Shown here in pieces: positions 8,839-15,826 of a stretch of 30,467 nucleotides of DNA. Within the stretch, counting starts at the first letter, position 1, and every line of letters starts with the position of its first letter. The notes under the pieces are model-generated. The model ran no database searches. It had not been told where the DNA came from and worked only from the letters and a program-made list of their open reading frames with translations. The translations under genes and the position numbers were made by a program. The stretch is from a virus (taxonomy: Duplodnaviria; Caudoviricetes): the IMG/VR virus record IMGVR_UViG_3300032318_002229, positions 1 to 30,467 of that record. One strand, written 5' to 3'.

Positions 8839-9408
8839 GATATTAGAGTTTATAGATATAAACAAATGCTTTTAGAGGCCGAAGAAGAAGCCAAAACTGA
8901 ACAAGTTGTAGATGATTTAAAAGATGAAATGTCTGATGTTTTAAAATCTCTAGAAACTGAATTAGAAAAAGCCTCAAAAACCACCAATGAAGGTGCTTTA
9001 ACTACAGCTAGTATTGTAATAGCACTTCCTGCTGTTATGGGATTGATTGCTAAATTTGGTAAAGCAGCAGGTAACATAGTTAATAAAATATTAGGTAAAA
9101 AACCAAATGATGGTAGTGATTATCAACAATGGATGAATAAATTAGCAAAAATTGCTGATGAATTACATCATTTATATATGATTCCAATTGAAGGTATTGT
9201 TAAAAAATTTGTTAAAGACCCTAAAAAAGCCCATTCTGTGGCAAATGGAATATTTCATATAATAGTTGCTACTTTCTTGATTGTTTCTGGGGTAACTGCT
9301 GTTAAAGCATTTCAAGTAAAAAATGTATCTTTGGCTACTTTAGAAGGGGCTTTAAGTGCTATTAAAGGAGGTGAAATTAAAAACTTCATTTCTAAATTAA
9401 TGGCTTAA
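8791..9408 (+). CDS. Protein with acidic leader and two hydrophobic helices (possible membrane-inserting protein)
   Basis: Leader ends at TNE; hydrophobic LTTASIVIALPAVMGLIA and IFHIIVATFLIVSGVTAV; alternative start at 8824. Confidence 0.65.
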   Translation: MKDNFKNKNTRMKDNFDIRVYRYKQMLLEAEEEAKTEQVVDDLKDEMSDVLKSLETELEKASKTTNEGALTTASIVIALPAVMGLIAKFGKAAGNIVNKILGKKPNDGSDYQQWMNKLAKIADELHHLYMIPIEGIVKKFVKDPKKAHSVANGIFHIIVATFLIVSGVTAVKAFQVKNVSLATLEGALSAIKGGEIKNFISKLMA

Positions 9409-9460
9409 TTTTATAGGCGGATTCATAGCCCGTCGATTATAAAAAATTTAAAATTTTGAT

Positions 9461-9501
9461 AGCTGTGGCATCACTTTATGTTGGATGTCACAGCTTTTTT
9501 T
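9461..9501 (+). terminator. Intrinsic terminator-like hairpin
   Basis: AGCTGTGGCATC (9461-9472) pairs with GATGTCACAGCT (9484-9495, one G-U), followed by a T run. Confidence 0.7.
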
Positions 9502-9511
9502 ATTATATTAA
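9481..9511 (+). promoter_or_regulatory. TTGG-N19-TATATT putative host-sigma promoter
   Basis: TTGG 9481-9484, TATATT 9504-9509; same spacing at three other sites. Confidence 0.55.
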
Positions 9512-9522
9512 ATATTAAACAT

Positions 9523-10854
9523 ATGAAAAATAAAATTTTAATTGTAGGGGCAGGAGTTGCAGGTATAAATGCAGCTACTAAACTTGTAAAAGAAGGATAT
9601 CCTGGAAAATTAATTACTATAATTGATGTAGGAAAAGATCCATATAACAGACCCAAAGAAGAAGTAATGAGGGGTTTTTCCGGATGTGGACTATTCTCAG
9701 ATGGCAAATGGGTTTATCTCCATAATACAATCGGAGGTCAATTAGCAAAATATACTGGAGAAGAAAAAGCAGATAAACTCTTAGAAGATGCTTGGTCTTA
9801 TATTGTAGAATTTCACCCTGAACCAGATAAAATTATGTTTTCTAATCCTGTTAAAGAACCAGATTTTATTAAACCATATTTTAATTTAAGAATGGCTCCT
9901 ACGTACCATATTGGGACCAACTATTTGCATGATATGGGAAAAAAATGGTATGATTGGTTAGTTGAAAAAGAAATTCATTTTGAATGGGAAACTGAAATAT
10001 ACGATATTGATTTTGATGCTCAATTTGTTAGAGGAAAAGATAAATTTGGACAAGAAATTAGGGCAAGTTTTGATAAACTAATTTATGGAACAGGAAAATC
10101 AGGAATTGATTTAACTCAAAAACTAATTGACAAATATAATTTAGAAAAAGAACCTAAATCGGTACAATTGGGGGTTAGGATGGAATTACCACAAAAATAC
10201 ATGCAACCAATTGTTGATGTTTCATATGACTTTAAGCTATACCAAAGACCAGATAGCACTGTTTCCCTTCGTAGTTTTTGTTCAAATAATTTAGCTGCAT
10301 ATGTGGCTGAAGAAACCACTTATGGAATGAAGTCTTATAATGGTCATTCTTATAAACAAGAAAATATGGTTAATAACATGACCAATTTTGGTATTATAAT
10401 GGAAATTAAAGGAATAGATAATCCATTTGATTTTCAAAAACAAGTAGTGTCTGAATGTCAAATTGGTGGAAAAGGTTTATATTATTCCCCAAACTATACT
10501 CGTGAACCTTCTTTGAGTGCTGAAGGAAAACAAATGGATATAGTTCAATTGGATAACTTAGATATTTTTCATAAAGCATATGGTAAATACGCTCAATATA
10601 TTATTAATTATATTGAGGATTTAAATAAAGTATTTAATTTTGGGGATGATTGGGGAATTTATATTCCTGAGGTAAAATTTTTGAGTGAAGAAGTTCTTGT
10701 ATACTATGATAATTTAGCTTTAGTTGATTATCCTGATATTCATTTTGTTGGAGACAGTTTATCTTCAAGAGGAATAGCTGTATCTGCTGCCCAAGGAGTA
10801 TATGTTGCTGAAGGAATTTTAAAACAAGAAAATTGGGATAGATTACATTTGTAA
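9523..10854 (+). CDS. FAD-dependent oxidoreductase (COG2509-like)
   Basis: Rossmann ILIVGAGVAG, FSDGK, HIGT, GVRME, RSFC, NGHS, YIPEVKF, VGD..RGI..SAAQG. Start moved to MKNKIL because the longer ORF begins inside the terminator. Confidence 0.85.
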   Translation: MKNKILIVGAGVAGINAATKLVKEGYPGKLITIIDVGKDPYNRPKEEVMRGFSGCGLFSDGKWVYLHNTIGGQLAKYTGEEKADKLLEDAWSYIVEFHPEPDKIMFSNPVKEPDFIKPYFNLRMAPTYHIGTNYLHDMGKKWYDWLVEKEIHFEWETEIYDIDFDAQFVRGKDKFGQEIRASFDKLIYGTGKSGIDLTQKLIDKYNLEKEPKSVQLGVRMELPQKYMQPIVDVSYDFKLYQRPDSTVSLRSFCSNNLAAYVAEETTYGMKSYNGHSYKQENMVNNMTNFGIIMEIKGIDNPFDFQKQVVSECQIGGKGLYYSPNYTREPSLSAEGKQMDIVQLDNLDIFHKAYGKYAQYIINYIEDLNKVFNFGDDWGIYIPEVKFLSEEVLVYYDNLALVDYPDIHFVGDSLSSRGIAVSAAQGVYVAEGILKQENWDRLHL

Positions 10855-10868
10855 TCATATTTATTGAC

Positions 10869-11414
10869 ATGAAATTAATTCAATTACGTCAAATAATTAA
10901 AGAAGAAGTAAATAATCTATTATTAGAAAGATTTTTAAATTTATTTAAAAAAGAACAAATCCAACCTTATATTCAAGATATTTGGAATATAATGCAACGT
11001 ACTTATGAACCTATAGGAGGATTTAAAACAGCTGATTCTCCTGAAGAACTTTTAGATAAAATAGGATTTGCTAAACTAGTAAGAAAAGACAACAAAATAA
11101 TTGCAGCCTTACTATATTCAGACAAATATGGTAGGAAAGCAGTAGCAGGAGGTTCAGATGGTACACCTGAAGGTGTAAAAGCAGTAAAACAAATCTTTAT
11201 GGAGGATATTAAATTTGATAGATCTTGGGGGGAGTTTTCAGGTAAAACAGAATATCTTTTATTAAAATATGGTGGTGTGCCTATTCCAAATGATTTTGCT
11301 GAGGAAATTCTAGGTAAAGAAATCATATCAAAAAACAAAGATGGATTCCATTATACTAGAATGATAGGAGGAAAACCATTTGAAAAAATATTAATAGGTA
11401 ATCCTAAAAGATAA
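10869..11414 (+). CDS. Putative internal head protein (targeting helix plus globular domain)
   Basis: MKLIQLRQIIKEEVNNLLLE then a 160-aa domain; preceded by ATATTTAT. Confidence 0.65.
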   Translation: MKLIQLRQIIKEEVNNLLLERFLNLFKKEQIQPYIQDIWNIMQRTYEPIGGFKTADSPEELLDKIGFAKLVRKDNKIIAALLYSDKYGRKAVAGGSDGTPEGVKAVKQIFMEDIKFDRSWGEFSGKTEYLLLKYGGVPIPNDFAEEILGKEIISKNKDGFHYTRMIGGKPFEKILIGNPKR

Positions 11415-11456
11415 ATTTTCCATATATTTATACCAGAACACAAAAACACAACAATT

Positions 11457-11831
11457 ATGAAACTAACACAACTAAGACAAATTATTAAAGAAGAAATCTC
11501 TAAAGCATTAAAAGAAAACCAAGACTCTAATGTAAAAAATTTACTTCAAAAAACAAAATACCAATTGTATAATATCCTCCCTGAGGATGTACAAGAAAGC
11601 TTAGAAGAAAATTTAGACGAAGACCAACTATCAGAATTTAAAGAAGGAAACTTTACTATTGATAAAGATAGTTTTGGATTTGATTCAATTGCCTGGGATG
11701 ACATGGGGATAGCTATGTCTTTTAGCAAAAAATTTGATAAAGAAACTAAAAGTGAACTAGAAGATGAAGCGACTTTTTTTAAATTAAAAATTGATGGACA
11801 AAATATTGAAGGAATGTTATTTTCATTCTAA
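11457..11831 (+). CDS. Putative internal head protein (targeting helix plus acidic domain)
   Basis: MKLTQLRQIIKEEISKALKE; preceded by ATATTTATA. Confidence 0.65.
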   Translation: MKLTQLRQIIKEEISKALKENQDSNVKNLLQKTKYQLYNILPEDVQESLEENLDEDQLSEFKEGNFTIDKDSFGFDSIAWDDMGIAMSFSKKFDKETKSELEDEATFFKLKIDGQNIEGMLFSF

Positions 11832-11852
11832 TTAAAATTTAATTTATAAATT

Positions 11853-11888
11853 AAGGCTTGGCTTCCCAAGCCTTTTTTCGTATATTAA
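11853..11888 (+). terminator. Terminator hairpin overlapping a TTGG-N19-TATATT promoter
   Basis: AAGGCTTGG-CTTC-CCAAGCCTT then TTTT; TTGG 11858, TATATT 11881. Confidence 0.75.
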
Positions 11889-11895
11889 TGGAGTA

Positions 11896-12492
11896 ATGAG
11901 AAACACAAACCATATACTAGTAATTCATGGTTTTAATAGTGGGAAAGGAAGTAAATCTGATATTTTAGAAAAAGCATTTCCCAATTGTCAAATTCATTCC
12001 CCACAACTACAAAATGATCCTGTAAACGATTTAATCATTTTACAAAATTATTTAAATAAATATTCTGATATTCATGTTGTAGGTACTTCTTTAGGTGGTT
12101 TTTATGGATTGTATTTGGCTCTAATAAACCAACATAGAGATGATTTATCTTTTTATTTAATTAATCCTTCTTACACCCCTTATGATTATTTTGCTGGAAA
12201 ATTAAATCAAACTTTTAAAAACTATAAAACCAATACCGAATTTGTTGTGGATGAGTATTTTGTAAATCAACTTAAAAATTTTCAAAACTACATTCATGAA
12301 CAAATGAAAAATATTGTTTATAATATTTACTGGTTTTTTGGAACAAAAGATACTGAATTAGATTATCAACCATTGAAAAATGTTTTATATTCATTTAATA
12401 AACCTGTAAATATATTTGAATCCGAACAAGACCATAGACATGAGGATTTAACTCAAGTAATTGAACAAATTAAACAAAATTCAATAATTTAA
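11896..12492 (+). CDS. YqiA/UPF0227-like alpha/beta hydrolase (esterase)
   Basis: HGFNS, nucleophile elbow GTSLGG, INPS, late Asp (DTELD) and His (DHRH). Confidence 0.85.
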   Translation: MRNTNHILVIHGFNSGKGSKSDILEKAFPNCQIHSPQLQNDPVNDLIILQNYLNKYSDIHVVGTSLGGFYGLYLALINQHRDDLSFYLINPSYTPYDYFAGKLNQTFKNYKTNTEFVVDEYFVNQLKNFQNYIHEQMKNIVYNIYWFFGTKDTELDYQPLKNVLYSFNKPVNIFESEQDHRHEDLTQVIEQIKQNSII

Positions 12493-12498
12493 AATAAT

Positions 12499-12729
12499 AT
12501 GGAAAAGTATAATCCAAGTAAAAAAGTAACCACAAAAGACGGAACAATTATGTGGGTTTGGGAAGGAAAACTTCATAATATTGAAGAACCCGCTGTTATC
12601 CATCCAAATGGAAGAAAAGAATATTATATTCATGGTATCAAATATACAGAAAAACAATGGAAAGAAGCTAAACGTAATCGCACTGGTTTACCTTTCTATA
12701 AACAATCTGGAATGAACGTAAGAAACTAA
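12499..12729 (+). CDS. Small phage protein with LHxxxxPA..EYY beta-hairpin motif
   Basis: GKLHNIEEPAVIHPNGRKEYYIHG. Confidence 0.65.
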   Translation: MEKYNPSKKVTTKDGTIMWVWEGKLHNIEEPAVIHPNGRKEYYIHGIKYTEKQWKEAKRNRTGLPFYKQSGMNVRN

Positions 12730-12732
12730 AAT

Positions 12733-13266
12733 ATGGCACGTATAGGATTTTGTGGTACCACATCATGTGGGAAAACTACTTTAGTAAATGCATTGTCTGT
12801 TCTCCCTCAATTTGAAAATTATCATATTGCTACAGAACGCTCAAAATATTTAAGGGATTTAGGTATTCCATTGAATACTGATTCTACATTAAAAGGACAA
12901 ATTATATTTTTAGCAGAACGTGCCTCTGAATTAATTTATAAAAATTTAATTACAGATAGAACAGTAATTGATGTAATAGCTTTCACATCAGTGGCTAAAT
13001 CCATTGATTATTTTCAAGGTGTTGATTTTAATTGTTTGGCAAAAAATTTGATTGAAGAATATGATTATATATTTTATGTTAGTCCTGAAGGAGTTGAAAT
13101 TGAGGATAATTCTGTAAGAACAACTGATGCTCAATATAGGAAATTAATTGATGAGGTAATTCAAAAAATACTAATTGAGAATGAAACTTACATCAATAAC
13201 CTAATTAAAATTCCTCCATTTTTGACAACAGAACAAAGAGTACAATTTGTACTAAAAAGTCTTTAG
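12733..13266 (+). CDS. P-loop NTPase/kinase (AAA_28, NadR-kinase-like)
   Basis: N-terminal Walker A GTTSCGKTT, ITDRTVID, YDYIFY, EDNSVR. Confidence 0.8.
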   Translation: MARIGFCGTTSCGKTTLVNALSVLPQFENYHIATERSKYLRDLGIPLNTDSTLKGQIIFLAERASELIYKNLITDRTVIDVIAFTSVAKSIDYFQGVDFNCLAKNLIEEYDYIFYVSPEGVEIEDNSVRTTDAQYRKLIDEVIQKILIENETYINNLIKIPPFLTTEQRVQFVLKSL

Positions 13267-13297
13267 GTTTTAACATATTTATAACAAATAATAAACT

Positions 13298-13501
13298 ATG
13301 AAACAATCAGAATTACGTCAGATAATTAAAGAAGAAATCTTTAAAGCAGTAAATGAAAGTCCAAATATAGATATAATTAATAGAAGTCTTAATATCTTAG
13401 ATAAAGCAGCAGATGCTGTTATTAAAAACCCTACAGGTAATATTACTGAATTTGCTAATACAGTAAAAAAATATACTGCTGATATACGAAAGTCATTATA
13501 A
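13298..13501 (+). CDS. Small putative internal head protein
   Basis: MKQSELRQIIKEEIFKAVNE leader; preceded by CATATTTATAAC. Confidence 0.7.
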   Translation: MKQSELRQIIKEEIFKAVNESPNIDIINRSLNILDKAADAVIKNPTGNITEFANTVKKYTADIRKSL

Positions 13502-13526
13502 ATTTTATTATACATTTAAAAAGAAA

Positions 13527-13560
13527 GACTTGGAAATCCAATCCTTCTTTCGTATATTTA
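13527..13560 (+). promoter_or_regulatory. TTGG-N19-TATATT promoter, degenerate copy of the 11855 element
   Basis: GACTTGGAAATCCAATCCTTCTTTCGTATATTTA aligns without gaps to GGCTTGGCTTCCCAAGCCTTTTTTCGTATATTAA. Confidence 0.65.
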
Positions 13561-13582
13561 CCATGTAATAAGAAAAACAGTT

Positions 13583-13834
13583 ATGACAAACAAATTGACT
13601 TGGAACGAAATTTTTAATGAAGACTCAAATGAAGTGGTATATACCACAGGAAGAGAATTTGAAGCTGTCATTTATAAAGAAAAAGATTCACCTATGTGGT
13701 CTCTTAAATATACTGATTTTTGGACAGCAAAAAACATAGGGGGGTGTCCTGTTACAGTAAAAAATATTAATGTGTTTTATTTAAAAACATTTGCTCAAAG
13801 TGTATTTGAAACTTATCAAAAAAATACAAACTAA
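13583..13834 (+). CDS. Hypothetical protein
   Basis: 83 aa ORF after the promoter; start context aaaaacagttATG. Confidence 0.65.
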   Translation: MTNKLTWNEIFNEDSNEVVYTTGREFEAVIYKEKDSPMWSLKYTDFWTAKNIGGCPVTVKNINVFYLKTFAQSVFETYQKNTN

Positions 13835-13842
13835 AAGTAGTT

Positions 13843-14130
13843 ATGACAAAAAAACAATACCATCAATCCATTAACAAAGAATTTTATTCTTATGTAGAAA
13901 CCAATTTTCCTGAATACCAAATAGACCACAGTGAAGGTTATGGTAGGATATATTTGATTCCCGTCAATGAAAATGGAGTAGATGGTGTTATTGAATATCA
14001 CCAATCCGAACATACTCTGTGTTGTTTTAATTGGTCACATCAAAAAACAAAAAATGATATTGAAAAAATGACTCAATTTATTGAAAATCAAATTATTCCT
14101 AAAGTTGATAAACTTTTTCAAAATTCATAA
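13843..14130 (+). CDS. Hypothetical protein
   Basis: 95 aa ORF; start context aaaagtagttATG, similar to the preceding gene. Confidence 0.65.
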   Translation: MTKKQYHQSINKEFYSYVETNFPEYQIDHSEGYGRIYLIPVNENGVDGVIEYHQSEHTLCCFNWSHQKTKNDIEKMTQFIENQIIPKVDKLFQNS

Positions 14131-14150
14131 TATTTATTATTAAATAAATT

Positions 14151-15167
14151 ATGGATAATAAAGATATAAATTTTTGGAAAAAACTAGTAGGATATATAAC
14201 TCACCCATCAGTAAAATCAGCATGGGTTAAGTTTTATAAAAAAGAAATTGATTTACCCCAACTTAAAAATATCCTTTTAAAATTAGGTTCCAATATATTG
14301 GATGATAATTATAAAAAATATATAAAAGGGTTACCAAACGGTATAATGTATCCTGAATCTAGTGGTTCATCTTTATCTAGTTTTTATGATTTTGATATTC
14401 AAGATATCACTGGATTAGAAGATGATGAATTTAAACCCCTATACGATAAAGTAGAAACATCCCGAAGTGAAATCATATCTAGAGTAAATTCTCTTAATGA
14501 AAAGAAAACCATGAAAAAATCTCAATTAAAAAAAGAAATTAAAGACTACATTTACGAAATTTTATCTGAGGCAGATTTAGACCCTAAAGGTGGTTCAGTA
14601 GTAATGTCTAAACAATCTAACCCAACAGATATTAAAAAATATACTGAAAAAGGTATTGATGTGCAATTGAAAGAAGAAGATTCATCTCCTGATGATGAAA
14701 CTATAGATAAACAAGCCAAAGCAGCAGCTAAAAAAGAAAAAATCCAAGGTCCTTCCAAATTCAAATTTACCAATACAGAATTTGAAGATTTTAAAACTAA
14801 ACTTAAAAATTTAGTAATTAAAATTAAAAATATGGAAAAAGGAGCAGAACGTGATAAAAAAATGGCTGCCTTAAAACAATTCATTAAAAAACCTGAATTA
14901 GTAAAAGCATTTAAAGAAAGAGATGTTAAAATTGATACTGGTGGATTAGTTGGAGAAAGTAAAAGAGATTACCCATTTTATAATACCGTAAAAAGGGGTG
15001 ATAAAGTAAAATATGTAGGTCCTGAAAAAAATGGATTTAAAAAAGGCGAAACATATGAAGTAGATCATGTTAAATCTAGCTCAACTTTCCAAAAAACAGT
15101 TGTTTTAAAGGATGGTAAGAGAAAAATAATTGTTAAAGGAACTAATTCGATCCAACCCTTAGATTAA
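14151..15167 (+). CDS. Modular putative head protein with C-terminal SH3/KOW-like module
   Basis: Internal LNEKKTMKKSQLKKEIKDYIYEILSE; C-terminal VKRGDKVKYVG module after GLVGE. Confidence 0.7.
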   Translation: MDNKDINFWKKLVGYITHPSVKSAWVKFYKKEIDLPQLKNILLKLGSNILDDNYKKYIKGLPNGIMYPESSGSSLSSFYDFDIQDITGLEDDEFKPLYDKVETSRSEIISRVNSLNEKKTMKKSQLKKEIKDYIYEILSEADLDPKGGSVVMSKQSNPTDIKKYTEKGIDVQLKEEDSSPDDETIDKQAKAAAKKEKIQGPSKFKFTNTEFEDFKTKLKNLVIKIKNMEKGAERDKKMAALKQFIKKPELVKAFKERDVKIDTGGLVGESKRDYPFYNTVKRGDKVKYVGPEKNGFKKGETYEVDHVKSSSTFQKTVVLKDGKRKIIVKGTNSIQPLD

Positions 15168-15191
15168 AATTTTTTAAATATATTAAAAACA

Positions 15192-15220
15192 AAAAGCTCG
15201 GATAAAACCGGGCTTTTTTT
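15192..15220 (+). terminator. Intrinsic terminator
   Basis: AAAAGCTCGG-ATAAAA-CCGGGCTTTT then a T run. Confidence 0.75.
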
Positions 15221-15243
15221 ATTTTACATATATTTATAGATAT

Positions 15244-15825
15244 ATGAAAAATAAATTTCCATACATCTTAATAACTATACTAGCCTTTATAATAGGTTAC
15301 TTATCAAATTGTTGTAATCCTGCAATCCCAACCCCATTACCATCACCTAAGTCAGATACTGTTTTTATTGAAAAACATAATTGGGATACTTTTGTTAAAA
15401 AAGAAATAATTTATAAACCAAAATGGAAACCAGTTTATATACATGATACTATTTTAGATAGTATTCCTATATATGTTGATAGATTAGTTATATTAACACA
15501 AGATTCTATAGTTGTCAAAAATGATTCAACTGATATAAAAGTAACATACAACATTTACAGTGAAAATCCCCTAATAAAAATAGAAAAAACTCTAGACTAT
15601 AAAATCAGATACAAAGAAATTGAAACAATTATAACAAATCAAATTATTAGAAAACATGCTTTGTATGTTGGTCCTTCATTAGGAATTATCCCTAATTCAA
15701 GTTATGTTGCTTTTAATGGTTTATATGAAAAAAATGGTAAAACCATATATAAGTTAGGATTAGGATTAAATACTAATTTTAAACCTGTATTAAATACAGG
15801 AATTTACTGGCAAATATTAAAATAA
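15244..15825 (+). CDS. Envelope protein, possibly spanin-like (N-terminal signal/TM with Cys, C-terminal amphipathic beta strands)
   Basis: MKNKFPYILITILAFIIGYLSNCC; Pro-rich linker; C-terminus YVGPSLGI..YKLGLGL..LNTGIYWQILK. Confidence 0.5.
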   Translation: MKNKFPYILITILAFIIGYLSNCCNPAIPTPLPSPKSDTVFIEKHNWDTFVKKEIIYKPKWKPVYIHDTILDSIPIYVDRLVILTQDSIVVKNDSTDIKVTYNIYSENPLIKIEKTLDYKIRYKEIETIITNQIIRKHALYVGPSLGIIPNSSYVAFNGLYEKNGKTIYKLGLGLNTNFKPVLNTGIYWQILK

Positions 15826-15826
15826 C

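Noticed and set aside
9478-9522. N-terminal extension of the oxidoreductase ORF
   Set aside because: It overlaps the terminator/promoter element; the Rossmann motif starts right after the Met at 9523.
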